A DNA stretch of 64,000 nucleotides, taken from Trichoplax adhaerens (lineage: Eukaryota > Animalia > Placozoa). The notes beneath the pieces were generated by a model, which was not told where the DNA came from, made no database searches, and saw only the letters and a program-made list of their open reading frames with translations. The stretch spans positions 9,192,011 to 9,256,010 of the forward strand of contig NW_002060945.1 in the NCBI RefSeq assembly GCF_000150275.1. Direction: 5' to 3'. The number at the start of each line of letters is the position of its first letter. Within the stretch, counting starts at the first letter, position 1. The position numbers were made by a program, and so were the translations under genes. Below, one piece after another: positions 42,301 through 56,200 of the stretch.

Positions 42301-45300
42301 CTACACGATGACTAATAAGATGATGGTTGGCCAAGACTCAATCCATCGTTTAGAATAGAGTCGATTTTCAGGACAGATTTCTTTCTTAGGATAAAGAATA
42401 GAAAACGGTGGGTATAAAAATGGAATGATATCGTTATGAAGCTCAGTCATCAGGCGATGTGAATTATTTCCTTCTCATCATCAAGGATAAGGCTAGACGA
42501 TTACTAATATGATGGCTAGCTCAAATTGAATACATTGTTTCAATTATCGAACTGGCTTTCTTCATAACCATGAAGATTGGAAAATAGTCGGTACCAAATG
42601 CATGGATATTGCTGTCCTAAAAGTAGATGATGTGAACTACTCTGTTTTCATCATGGAGGCTGGAAAACATCGGTAAGCCATTTGGGGCGGATTAGACTAG
42701 AATAGCGACAATCTGCAAGTCAGACTATCCATCTGGAATGGAATTGATCCACTGGATGATGATGAGCATGGGGCGATTGTTGTTGTTTTAACATGGAAAT
42801 CCAAAAGGATATACAGTACTGCAGTTGTTACCCCCCGATCGGTTACTTAAGATGACTCTACTAAAATGATTTACTGGCCATCGTGACTATCGTTTAAGCT
42901 GGCTATCCATAGGGGGGCAAAGGGGGGAAAAAAAGGATTCATTTAGCTAATTTGAATGGCACACGATCTCTATCCATAGTACAGTACAAATGGAATTGGA
43001 ATGAATAATGTCGTTGTAATACGATCCGCCATTGTACAACTAGCAAGTTGTAGTCTAGGATCAACATGACAGTCGTAACGTAGACGGATGATGGTCCTCT
43101 CCGCCATCATCTATTTTCATCGTAGGGTTATGGTAACATGATGGATGATCGAGTCAATCCTTCTTGATGAACAAATCTCTTTCTCTACCCAATAACATGG
43201 TGATGATTGAGATCAAGAGTCTGCTACTAGGTTATGTACAACTAGCAAGTTGTAGTCTAGGATCAACGTGACAGTCGTAACGTAGACGGATGATGGTCCT
43301 CTCCGCCATCATCTATTTTCATCGTAGGGTTATGGTAACATGATGGATGATCGAGTCAATCCTTCTTGATGAACAAATCTCTTTCTCTACCCAATAACAT
43401 GGTGATGATTGAGATCAAGAGTCTGCTACTAGGTTATGTACAACTAGCAAGTTGTAGTCTAGGATCAACGTGACAGTAGTAACGTAGACGGATGATGGTC
43501 CTCTCCGCCATCATCTATTTTCATCGTAGGGTTATGGTAACATGATGGATGATCGAGTCAATCCTTCTTGATGAACAAATCTCTTTCTCTACCCAATAAC
43601 ATGGTGATGATTGAGATCAAGAGTCTGCTACTAGGTTATGTACAACTAGCAAGTTGTAGTCTAGGATCAACGTGACAGTAGTAACGTAGACGGATGATGG
43701 TCCTCTCCGCCATCATCTATTTTCATGGTAAGGGTTATGGTAACATGATGGATGATCGAGTCTATCCTCCTTGATGAACAAATCTCTTTTTCTACCCAAT
43801 AACATGGTGATGATTAAGATCAAGAGTCTGCTACTAGGTTATGTACAACTAGCAAGTTGTAGTCTAGGATCAACGTGACAGTAGTAACGTAGACGGATGA
43901 TGGTCCTCTCCGCCATCATCTATTTTCATCGTAGGGTTATGGTAACATGATGGATGATCGAGTCAATCCTCCTTGATGAACAAATCTCTTTCTCTAGCCC
44001 ATGTCATGGCAATGATTGAGACAAGAGTCTACTACTAGGTTATGCATCTATTTTCATCATGGATTGATTGGACTTACCTCTTGTGTATGCTTGACTAATT
44101 CTTGCATTCTGATGGATCGAGCTTCAGCACGAGCAGCTCTTTTAGCCACTAATTCTTCTTCAGCCTAAGCAAAGAATGGAATAAAAGAATAAACTCAATC
44201 AAGGCTGATTATGCCATGGTTGCATTGATAGTAGAAAAGGCCATTTGCCCTTGTCAATCACAACGTTTTCCACTTTGTCAATGATTAATGGTGACTACAA
44301 GAATCTTTAGAGTAGGAAAAGGATCGAGGAGAGACGATTAAATCTAGTTTTGCCTTCCAAATAAGAGCCGCAAGTAGATTGCCAACTGGGCCATACTACT
44401 GGTCCAGTTGGGTACGGTAGACGATCCACTTGGTGCAGTAGTCCTCGCGTTCTATGACCTATTGGCATACTGAAGGGTAGATTGTGGAGTGTGTTTTCAG
44501 GGTAGTGAGTGTGGATAGAGCGAGTAGGTTACAGTAAAACGAACGTCGCCAATCAGTGCCTCATCGACGAGACAAGGCATGACATCATTTTACTCGATAT
44601 CCCATAGTCTAGTAGTCCATTGAATAAGAAATGATGTCGCCAATGACACCCAATAGAGGACAACGGGAGTGACATGACTTTTAGACAGTGCTGGATATGG
44701 ACTGTAATCATGGAGTAGCAAGTAGAAAAGAAGATACCTCGAATCAAATACGACTACAACAAGACCCTTTCACTCCATCGAATTTGTGTGGTAGCACTGG
44801 GCGATCTAGTTTGGCCAAAAAAGGGTTGGAAATGCCTCCCAAAAGAAGAAACTACTCTCATGCTCAGTCAAAGTAGGCTGCAATGCCGACTGGCCCGGTC
44901 TGGTACGGTAGGCGTGGTGGCTTCCAAGACCATACCGACTGTATGTACACGAGTTGGTATCGACATCGAGAAGCTTGGAGTAAAAGCAACGTCGCTAATC
45001 GATGGATCATAGACTAGAAAAGGTATGACATCGTTTTGCTCAAGAAGGCATGACATCATTTTGCTCGATAGCCTATAGTCTAGTCGTCAACCAAGCAATC
45101 GTAAATGACGCCTAATATGGGACCAAGGCAGCGACATGACTTTTGTACACGAGTCCCACTATGGTGGAGATCGACCATAATTATGGAGTAGAGAACAAGA
45201 TACTTGTAGGCCGATTGGACTAATCAAAAAGACAGCAGCATCTTTTTACTGCATAGAATCGATGTAGTAGCACTGTGCGATCTGGTTTGATCAGGAAAGG

Positions 45301-48300
45301 ATTGTACAATGCCTCTCAAAAGAAGAAACTAGTGAGTACAAGACCTATTGCCATACTGTAGTTGGTCACGACATCGAGTAGCTGCGAGTAAAAAGAATGT
45401 CGCCAACTGATGCCAAAGAGACTAGACAACCTAGAACATCATTGTGCTCGATATCCTATAGTATCATAGTTAATGAAAGAAGAAATAATGTCGCCAATGA
45501 CGTCCAATATAGGACTACGGGAGCGACATAACTTTTGTACACGAGTCCGACTATGGTGGAGATCGACCACAATTATGGAGTAGAGAACAAGATACTTGTA
45601 GGCCGATTGGACTAATCAAAAAGACAGCAACATCTTTTTACTGCATAGAATCGATGTAGTAGCACTGTGCGATCTGGTTTGATCAGGAAAGGATTGTACA
45701 ATGCCTCTCAAAAGAAGAAACTAGTGAGTACAAGACCTATTGCCATACTGTAGTTGGTCACGACATCGAGTAGCTGCGAGTAAAAAGAATGTCGCCAACT
45801 GATGCCAAAGAGACTAGACAACCTAGAACATCATTGTGCTCGATATCCTATAGTATCATAGTCAATAAAACAAGAAAGGATGTCGCAAATGACGTCCAAT
45901 ATAGGACTACGGGAGCGACATGACTTTTGTACAGGAGGAAGGAAGCACTCGTCGAGATGGACTACAGTCATGGAGTCAAGGACTCGAAAAACAAGATAAC
46001 TTTAGGCTAATAAGACTACTAAAAAAATTCAGCAACATCTTTTACTGCATAGAATCGATATAGTAGCACTGTGCGATCTAGTTTGATCAGGAAAGGATTG
46101 TACAATGCCTCTCAAAAAAAGAAACTAGTGAGTACAAAACCTATTGGCATACTGGAGTTGGTCACGACATCGTGTAGCTGCGAGTAAAAAGAATGTCGCC
46201 AACTGATGCCAAAGAGACTAGACAACCTAGAACATCATTGTGCTCGATATCCTATAGTATCATAGTCAATAAAACAAGAAAGGATGTCGCCAATGACGCC
46301 CAATACAAGGCAGCAGGAGCGACATGACTTTTGTACAGAAGGAAGGAAGCACTCGTCGAGATGGACTGCAGTCATGGAGTCAAGAATAGACTCAAGAACT
46401 CAAAAAATAAGATAACTTTAAGCTAATAGGACTACTCAAAAAATTCAGCAAAACCTTTTACTGCATCAAGTGTATGTGGCAGCACTGTGCGATCTAATTC
46501 AATTAGTAAAATGCCTCCCAAAAGAAGAAACTAATGGTGGCTTGTAGATCGCCTTTCTACTCTTGACTCAAGTGCATCGTTGGCTGGCCACTTGCAATGC
46601 AGAAATTGCTTCCTAGCTACTTCCAGCTCGCTATCAAGACTGCTAAAAGAAGGAAATGAGAGATTTCCTTCTACAGGGAATGGATGAATTGTTCTACCTC
46701 GACGCTACCGTATTCGTCAATAAAGTCCATAAGCGCCATCATGCTGCTCTCGTCTTGTCGTGACTGGCTATAGAAGTTCATAAACCGTAAGCGCCCATTT
46801 GTGTTGGATAGGTCGATGGCATATTAGCATCGCTGGGTAGCACAGCAGTTAAGCTCTAATTCAATTTTCACTTGATTCAAAGCAATGGAATGAATTTGAT
46901 TCAATGGGAAAAGCCTTCAAGAACATTCAACTAGGATGAAATTTCCTTCACTCATAGTGATCAGCCCAGTGTGGTGTGCACACTCGTTAACAGTCGATGC
47001 CTGGCCAAAATATCCACACCAAATCACCAATGTAGGACTTTATGAGTCAGCAGCAAACTCAAGCTGTGACTTGTCAATACTATTTTGTTAGTGGTCAATA
47101 TCCCTAAAAGGATTAGTAAAAAACTTCAACTAGAAAGGAAATTGCTTAGCCTAGCCGCTAAAACGGCTTTATTCAGACACAGCATCGATGTACACTTGCT
47201 CCCCTGGTACAGCACTGTGTGCTCAGCTGCTGCGCCTTGTGCGACCCATGCTAATGTCAAAATACGATAGAAGTCTAGCAGGAATTGCTGGAAAAATAGA
47301 CTGGTAAAACAGGACTAGTTTACTTTTAAAAGATAGACCTCTAGCAAGGATTGCTGGAAAAGTGGACCGGTAAAACAGGACTAGTTTACTTTTAAAAGAT
47401 TGGCCTCTAGCAAGGATTGCTGAAAAAATGGGCAGGTAAAACAAAACTAGTTTACTTTTAAAAGACAGGCCTCTAGCAAGGATTGCTGGAAAAATGGGCA
47501 GGTAAAACAAGACTAGTTTACTTTTAATAGATAGGCCTCTAGCAAGGATTGCTGGAAAAATAGACTGGTAAAACAGGACTAGCTTACTTTTAAAAGACAG
47601 GCCTCCAGCAAGGATTACTGGAAAAATAGACTGGTAAAACAGGACTAGCTTACTTTTAAAAGACAGGCCTCCAGCAAGGATTGCTGGAAAAATGAGCAGG
47701 TAAAACAAGACTAGTTTACTTTGAAAACATGAATCTTTGGAAGTGATTGCTGGAAAAATTGGCAGGGTAAAGTGCGACTAGTTTACTTTTGAGAGGCTCT
47801 AGTAGACATAGCATGACTAGTTTACTTTTTACATTAAGGTTAAAAGACATACTAGCAGCAATCAGTGGAAAAGTTGGCAGATAAAACATGACTATTTACT
47901 TTGGAGAAACAGATCTGTAGCTAGCAGCAATTACTGGAAAATGGGTCAATAAGACATGACTAGTTTACTTTGAAAAGACAGACCTTTAGCGATCGCATGA
48001 AAAATGGGCAGGTAAAGGTAAAATACGGCTATGTCAAAGATAGGCCTCTAGCTAGCTGCAATGAGTGGGGAAAATTGGCTAGACTATACCATTATGCTTT
48101 GCTAAAGGCTACAGTGCCGTCTATCGCGCAAATCCAGTTAGTCATAATCATGATGGAAAACTACAGTGCTACCCTAATCTCCAATGTGCACGCAGGATAG
48201 TATAGCGGTGGCAAGGTGTGTAGTTTACTTGTAACACAAGATAGATCAAGGCGATTTCATTTCTCAGTTATCTTCAGACGCTGTCATTATCCACTGTTAG

Positions 48301-50086
48301 TAAATTGCATGGAGAAGGTTAATTGTAAGAACGAGCTCGAGCATACAGTATTGTAGAATAATCCGATTTCACACTCTTCTAATCCATCCAACTTCTATAA
48401 ACAATGTCCAAGGTGCAGTTTATTTAACTCCTTCTGTACACACAGTCATGACACTACAGGACATGGATTGAGTTCTATTAATGTCGATGATAATCGAGTG
48501 CAGCAGGCATTCAAAAAAGTGCCCAAATTCAGACGTTGAGACAGCTTCAATCTTGTACTCTTTCAATCACTATTCTTGATTTTATGCTCCCATCCTACTA
48601 CAGTTTATCCGTCATGTCGAGATGGTAGTAATAACCATTTCAAAGCATGAGCGGGCAATCGAATGGCAGTGCAATATTTGTTGGGCTTGGTCGAGTTATT
48701 ATTGACTGACAAGAATAAACAATTTCAATATCGATGCAAAAGTGGATGGCATACCATCCATGGCAATCGATACTCTTGTCAGTCTTTTACAATTTGATCA
48801 AAGCAATCTATAAAGAAAGACATGAGTAAAGGAAGCAACACAGAGTCGACAATGCTATTTCACGCCATTTTTAGCCAACGAATCTATAGAGAGAGGCATC
48901 AGTAAAGAGACGAAGGCGTCGACAATGCTATTTTCAAGCCATTTTTGGGGGGGGGGGGGTATCTAGGAAAGAATAGAACGCGTAATGATGATGGTAAACG
49001 TGATCTTCCTCTTCAACGATAGCGATACAGTCATGGAGTTAACGTCGACATTCACAAGTCTACTTTGAATGCATGGACTATTGCCATCGGGCGAATTAAC
49101 CGTTCCATTTTCCATTCTTAATCACCACAGCAACAATACAGTTGACAAGGAACTCAGCCTGTTTATCCTAAAGAGCAGTAAGAAATGCTCTCTTGATTCA
49201 TGAATCCTGTCTACCGTTGTGGTTGGTTGCATCAAGTTAAGATGGACGCTAATAGCCTAGCCCTAGACAGTATGAATACTGAGTCATTGTAGAGTTTGAT
49301 GTAGAAGACTTGGAGCTAAATCAAACTCACGGTGTCCATTAGCGTTTCTAGATTGGAAGTGGGAAACAACCTCCCCCCCCCCCAAAAAAAACAATCCATA
49401 TTATAGAAACTTCCGCTTGACTGTCATCCTATCATAACCATGTAGACACTAGCACTACTGTCCATTAATCGACAGTAAACTCTTCTACTGTCGATGGATG
49501 GAAAAAAAAGCAGCAAAAAAAACAAGCGGTAACGTCGACGCCTATCTCCATCACTGTCTTTGTAGTGTCCAAATAACATTGAATCATAATCGCAATTGAA
49601 GACGATGAATGGAGGATATAGACAGCACGATAGACTATCGCTATGGAAGGGTAAGCAAGCAGCCATACTGTATTCCACTCTATTCAGGCTTTCTTTGCTA
49701 AACAGATCCTGTCATGCTTGACAATATCATCAATCGGACATACTACTGTCGACATGTTGTCAAGGTAGTTTTTGTCCAATAGTTAAAAAACACTCTGTTG
49801 GAGAAGACCATTGGGGGGAAAAAAACATCAAACTATCCGTCTACAAGAGTTGTTGTTGATGATAGCCTACCTTACGACTAATTTTATCTAATGCTTGATC
49901 TTCACCACTATAATTCTTGGCGGCGATCATGGATCGCTTTCTGATCAGACCAGACGATCTGCGATCACTTTTACTTGTTGTTTCATCGTGATCATCACCA
50001 GGCGTTGTCATGCTCTTGTTGGCATCATCGCTTGTATTTCCTACACTTGTATTGGTATCAGCAACTTGATTCTCGCTATCATCCAT
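36310..50086 (-). CDS. LRRFIP2: Leucine-rich repeat flightless-interacting protein (LRRFIP1/2 ortholog), ~413 aa
   Basis: Exons (minus strand): 50086-49871, 44164-44078, 38420-38361, 38168-38061, 37947-37838, 37736-37676, 37568-37473, 37359-37252, 37152-37053, 36946-36867, 36756-36703, 36624-36574, 36420-36310. Signature peptides are SGEDQALDKISRK|AEEELVAKRAARAEARSIRMQEL, LEENFKKAMLSNSQLVNEK and ELKSEKRRLQRE. Confidence 0.93.
38800..39950. repeat. Degenerate composite tandem repeat (period ~225-275 bp) in LRRFIP intron 2
   Basis: (G/A)AGTATATGGAGAAGTAATTCAC(T/G)TCAATATTGA occurs at ~39134, 39359, 39632 and 39891. A shorter sub-unit (gcatcgatggta...gttggaaacttt) also recurs. Confidence 0.85.
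41760..42660. repeat. Degenerate tandem repeat (period ~172-194 bp, ~5 copies) in LRRFIP intron 2
   Basis: An ATCATGGAGGATATCTCTATACGATGACTA-like motif occurs at ~41917, 42111 and 42286, with weaker copies at ~42477 and 42649. Confidence 0.8.
43033..44044. repeat. Near-perfect 202-bp tandem repeat, 5 copies
   Basis: The unit start TGTACAACTAGCAAGTTGTAGTCTAGG occurs at 43033, 43235, 43437, 43639 and 43842. The array ends ~33 bp from the LRRFIP exon 2 donor. Confidence 0.97.
44530..46535. repeat. Tandem repeat of ~390-420 bp units (3 close copies plus diverged flanking copies) in LRRFIP intron 1
   Basis: TCTTTT(T)ACTGCATAGAATCGAT occurs at 45241, 45633 and 46038, with diverged versions at ~44766 and ~46454. 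Confidence 0.9.
47272..48080. repeat. 66-bp minisatellite (~7 good copies, decaying to ~48080) in LRRFIP intron 1
   Basis: CTAGCAAGGATTGCTGGAAAA...ACTAGTTTACTTTTAAAAGA units occur at 47275, 47341, 47407, 47473, 47539, 47605 and 47671. This array produces the repetitive 161-aa minus-strand ORF. Confidence 0.95.
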
Positions 50087-50529
50087 TTCTTTTCAATCCT
50101 ATTTTGAATACAAATACAACTATTTTACTTTGCCTGATCATCGTATTATCGACGAAAAAGGTTCCATGCTGATGATAGATCGGCAGTCCTTTCTCATCCT
50201 TAGTCAATATTCAACTTAATCCCAACACCATCATGAAGACCAACAACACTTTTAGACTGTCCAACCTACCGTCAAGATGATGGTGGCGTCTTTCTTGCTC
50301 GCTCTACTCGTATAATACGGATTGCAAACTATCAACAGTGTTGTACAATGGTTAACGGCTTAATCTACAGGTGGATTAAGCTAATACAGCCAAGTCGAGA
50401 GGCTAATTTTCTCCAATCAACAATTTGGATGGACAACTTGGGCCTATGTCGGCAATAGTCTGGCTAGGCAGATTGGCCAAGGAGAAAATGCTAACCCACC
50501 CATCAACGTCCGTCCGTACTATATCCAGA

Positions 50530-52350
50530 TCGACACTGCGTTGTAAGCTACCGTATGCGGAGTGCAAGTGGACGCTCAGCTTGGCTTCCATGGTAGTCGA
50601 GATACGCAAACAAGGTTTTGATGCGTATACTGCATCTATTCTAAGGCGGGGAGCAGTGGTGTTGGCTTTTGCAAGCTGTCTGCAAGTCGATGCAAGGCTT
50701 GCCACCGATGGTGGTCGAGAAATTCAAACAAGGCAAGCAATCCTATGCTGCATCCACTGCAATGCGATGCAGCGTTTTAATCTAGTGCATGTTGTGCAAT
50801 TGGATGCAAGGCTTGGTAACGATTGCAAACAAGGAATTGACTTCCACACAGCATCGACTGCAATTCGATGCAACGTTGTAACCTATTGCAAGCCATCTGT
50901 AAGTTGATGCAAAGGCTTGGCACCGATTGCAATCGAGAAACGCAAAGAACGGATAGACTCCTATACTGCATCCACTGCAAAGCGATGCAGCGTTCTAACC
51001 TAGTGCATGTTGTGCAATTGGATGCAAGGCTTGGTAACGATTGCAAACAAGGAATTGACTTCCACACAGCATCGACTGCAATTCGATGCAACGTTGTAAC
51101 CTATTGCAAGCCATCTGTAAGTTGATGCAAAGGCTTGGCACCGATTGCAATCGAGAAACGCAAAGAACGGATAGACTACTATACTGCATCCACTGCAATG
51201 CGATGCAGCGTTCTAACCTAGTGCATGTTGTGCAATTGGATGCAAGGCTTGGTAACGATTGCAAACAAGGAATTGACTTCCACACAGCATCGACTGCAAT
51301 TCGATGCAACGTTGTAACCTACTGCAAGCCATCTGTAAGTTGATGCAAAGGCTTGGCACCGATTGCAATCGAGAAACGCAAAGAACGGATAGACTCCTAT
51401 ACTGCATCCACTGCAATGCGATGCAGCGTTCTAACCTAGTGCATGTTGTGCAATTGGATGCAAGGCTTGGTAACGATTGCAAACAAGGAATTGACTTCCA
51501 CACAGCATCGACTGCAATTCGATGCAACGTTGTAACCTACTGCAAGCCATCTGTAAGTTGATGCAAAGGCTTGGCACCGATTGCAATCGAGAAACGCAAA
51601 GAACGGATAGACTCCTATACTGCATCCACTGCAATGCGATGCAGCGTTTTAATATAGTGCATGTTGTGCAATTGGATGCAAGGCTTGGTAACGATTGCAA
51701 ACAAGGAATTGACTTCCACACAGCATCGACTGCAATTCGATCCAACGTTGTAACCTACTGCAAGCCATCTGTAAGTTGATGCAAAGGCTTGGCACCGATT
51801 GCAATCGAGAAACGCAAATAACGGATAGGCTCCTATACTGCATCCACTGCAATGCGATGCAGCGTTCTAATCTACTGCATGTTGTGCAATTGGATGCAAG
51901 GCCTGGTAACGATTGCAAACAAGGAATTGACTCCCAATTCGACACAGCGTTGTAAGGTAGTTATAACCTACTGCAAGCTATCTGTCACTTGTAACCTACT
52001 GCATGTTATGCAATTGGATAGAAGGCCTCGTAACGATTGCAAGCAACGGATTGACTCCCATACTGCATGTACTGCAATTCGACGCAGCGTTGTAACCTAC
52101 TTGTAACCTACTGCAAACTATCCACAAGTTGACACAAGGCTTAGCACCGATAGTAGTCGAGAAACGCAAACAAGGATTGACTCCTCTCTTGCATCTACTG
52201 CAATATGCGACACAGCGTTGCAACTTAATGCGTACTGTCAACCATCTGATGCAGGGCCTCGTACTAATTAATTCTAGTCGAAAAATGCAAACTAGGGATT
52301 GACTGCCATGCTGCATCTACTGTACTGTATATCGACACAGGGTAACAAGG
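50530..52350. repeat. 218-bp TGCA-rich tandem repeat (~5.5 near-identical copies at 50742-51950, with degenerate flanks) upstream of LRRFIP
   Basis: Identical ORFs recur every 218 bp (50868, 51086, 51304, 51522). Each unit is itself two diverged ~100-118 bp sub-units (GATGCAA(A)GGCTTGG..CGATTGCAA appears twice). Confidence 0.97.
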
Positions 52351-53245
52351 AATCGTACAATCGCCAATAGATAGTGTAATAATCTACCAGTATTCTCAAT
52401 ACATTCTCCACTAAAATATTTCTCCCCACGAATACTACCTACAATATATACAAAATGACTGGTTGCTATTGGAAAGAAATGATTTTTATTTAAGATAGAA
52501 TGAAACAATATCAACATAATTTTGTTTCTTTAAGGTCGTAAGATAATTTCCATATCGTTTGACAACAACTTATAATGCTCCATCAACTATAGCAAACCTT
52601 CATAGTACATCTCTTATCAATCGCGTACTACAGTACAATACAATTAATATTAGACTAAAAATGCCAATTCATCAGCTAAAATGCTTGACATTTTACATGA
52701 TAAAGTGAGTTAATGGTACTCTGTACATTTATACATTAGTCATGTTCATGGGAAAATGTCATCAATATACTTACTCATCTAGTAGTAGTATTATACGACT
52801 GACAACAGTAACTAACAGTAGCTGACTGTAATTCATAAAAAAAAATAATATCATTTAAATACTAAATTAAGTGTCGGATAAATTCTTTGGAAAGAAATCT
52901 TAAACGTGGTACTTTCCATGTGGAAATGATTGATAAACATACCTTTTAGCTAAGGTAAGATTTATAATATACAACTACTTTTTTAAAAGCGTTGCTCAAG
53001 CATAGCATTGTTCATACTAGTCAAACTAAAATCTACCCGGGTATGTCGTCTCTATATTACTGTACATACAAACTACAGACGAGCATAACCGTAGTCTAGT
53101 AAAACCATAGTGTCCCAATCTTATTACATACATTTAATAAAAGATTACACTATAGGGTAAAACACAGTAGCCCTTTCTAGTAGCTCTATGAAAGGATATG
53201 GATACATTCGAAAAGAATAACCACAATCCAATTACTGCATTACAA

Positions 53246-56200
53246 TTAGCACTTGTACGCGTATGCTGCTCCAGCAACATCGGTACTTTCAATCTCGCAT
53301 CGTTGCATTGAATTACAACCGTCACAATCGTGTAATATATGATTTCCAGCTACATTAGCGGCAGCACATTTGAGATTTTCAAATAATACATCCAGTTCTT
53401 CTAAATACTCTTTAGTCCATTCAAGAGTATCAGGCTCGTTAAAAACGCTTTTTATCTTCTGTAGAACATGGAATATAATACGACATTAAATTATTATCAT
53501 TATCACCAGTCGAAATCTTGACTACAGTAACGTCGACAGAGATTTGACGCCAACATGACACTACAACTCCTTTATAACTGTATACATAAATAATCCAACA
53601 ATTTACTACCATAGTGTATGCGTTAATGAGATAGACACGTCTATCATTAACCAAAAGTAATAATTAATCTCACCTTGAATAGATCTCGAATAGCGCTATT
53701 GAGTATATCCGATCTAAAAAATAAAAACAGAAAATAATAGTATGAAAGGATAGTTCAATTCCAATACGTGATGTTACATCCATTCAACATACACCAATCA
53801 ATACTAAATTACCAAAGGTATAAAGGATCAAGTAATATGCACAATTTTACTAATGACAACTTTCACTAGACCATAGATATTATATTACTACCACTCTTAA
53901 GTAATTTCTTACTTTGATTCTAACATTCTAGTATCCTCTCTGCCACTAGCGATCTTCACCAAATCTTCAACACTTGAGTTTACATGAAAGCATTAAAAGA
54001 CAATTTTAACCAAGACAGGATTGAATAAAACTATAACCGTCCGACATAAGATATTTATGCCTTCCTATGGCTACAATTATACTGTTCAAATGAAACGCCG
54101 GCACCATTTAGCCAGTAGAAAATGCAAAATTTAAAGTTTGTATAGCATCTATGGTAGGCACTAAAAAATAGTATAGACCAATAGCTTACCAGCTGTCAAC
54201 TCTTTTGCACAATCGCACCACGTCTTTAACAAATTCACGCGAACGAAGTTGGATAACATCAGCCATGACAGTAGAGACTAACTTCTCAGTTAAATCGTGA
54301 CATGTCTACATGTAATGATAATAATCAGCAAAGAATCTCAAGTAAATCATATGCTGTACTAGTTTTTTGTCTACAGTAGTAACATATCATGTCCAGCTAG
54401 TACCCTACCTTTAAGATTTTCACGCAGATAGGAGTTAAAACCCTGTGTAAATACAACGAAACGAATTAGTCTATTTTACAGCATCCTTCAATAGAGACTG
54501 TATAATTTTGAATGTGTTCTATATTAGTAACAGTCTTATTTTACATCATACGTATACAGTGCTATAGCAATAAAGTTTAATAACAACATGATTAACTTCA
54601 ATTCACGTAAAAAGGCAAGAATCTTAACAAAGATTCATTATCTTTACTGATGGCTATATTCAACTGTACTGATAGCATTGATTTTTTTCAGTATCATCTT
54701 TGTTTAATGTTACATCGCACTAGTAGTAGTAGTAGTAGCCTTAACGCAGTACTGTCCTTGTAATCAAGCGAATGCAATAGAGTTCAGTTATCTTGCTAAT
54801 TGCTAATGGTAACATTCAATTCTATTGATATGATCGGCTCTTAAGAGCTGTCTTCCTTCACTTTTATAATATACTAGCAGCAGCTTTGTTATGTACTAAA
54901 TATTAGACAAGTTCAATAGCACCATATAGCACAGTCTATTCGTATTAAAGGGCAATATTATCGCAATTTCTTATAATAATACAGCAAATATAATAAGACT
55001 CATTTATCTTTGCTAATGGTAATCTTCAATTTTACTGACGTCATCGACTTTAACATTATCTTCGTTCACTGTTATACTATATTAGTAGTAGTTTTATTAT
55101 ACAAAAGATATCAGTAATATTCAATAGCACTATCAAAAGGCAATATGATTGCAATTTCTTGTAATAAAGCAAATGCAGTAGCCCTCATTTATCTTTGCTG
55201 ATCGGCAATACTCCATTCTACAGAGGCCATTGATTTTCTAACATTATCTGTACTTATAACATACTAAGCTAGCTATAGAATGCACTAGAAACTCTTTACC
55301 ATTACTTGTCTGAAGCTACTAGTAAAATATAGTATGATTATTCAACAACCATGAAAAATACATCTTCATGTAGCTATAGGATTGTAGAGGGATACCTTAC
55401 AGATGTATACTATAATATAGCTACTAGTACTGTTCGGTAAGAAATGATATGACAATTGGAGTAATTTTGGAGGAAAGTTTTTTAACGCAAAGTGATATGA
55501 TTGTCTTTCTACTGCTTTAGTATCTGCTACCATAAACATACCTTGACGTCTCACAGAGGCCGTTATCATTTAGTTCATCGTCGTCAAAATCAGGCTGTAA
55601 ATGATTGTATAAAACACATTATTACTTTGCTAGAAAGTATTTCATTTCATTACTTTCATAGTATTTGTGTAGTTTAATAATGACTAAGATAACTCGACTA
55701 GTTTTCAACTTGCGCAGCAAATTCCAAATGAATATCGATTGTTATTTAAAGTAATTGTAAGACTCTAGAAATCACGAATAAACATAACACAACCTATAGT
55801 AATTGTTGATATGATGCTTGATAAAAGTACAATCATTTTATCGTATATTGCTTTAACGTTACTAGATAGCTTTCTATCCAATATTAAAAAACTAAAAAAC
55901 TGATATTATAGCCATAAGGTAGATATTTGAGAATAAAGTATTATGTAGAGCTACTTATCCGAAAGAGTAATAAATAGTTACAAAACGTAAACACTCTCAA
56001 CGAGCGCAGTCATCCTTTCTTGGGAGTGGGTTCGAATGAACATCGATAGTAATTTAATATAGTTTAATGACTTTAGTAGAGATCTCTTGTAATATAATCC
56101 AACGTAAAGTCTCTACTGCCTGATAAAAGTATCGTTATTTAATTGCTTTATCTTGTGTTCATTAAAATTGCTAGACAGATTACTATGAAACATGAAAAGG

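Noticed and set aside
48947-49383. Poly-G (13 nt) and poly-C tracts as G-quadruplex elements
   Set aside because: They are simple homopolymers in an intron with no further support, and their lengths are error-prone in assemblies.
50425-52316. Series of 85-160 aa Cys-rich ORFs on both strands
   Set aside because: They recur every 218 bp (not a multiple of 3) and are artefacts of the TGCA-rich satellite.
56000-56045. GGTTCGAAT B-box-like motif suggesting a tRNA or SINE
   Set aside because: No cloverleaf and no convincing A box at the right spacing.
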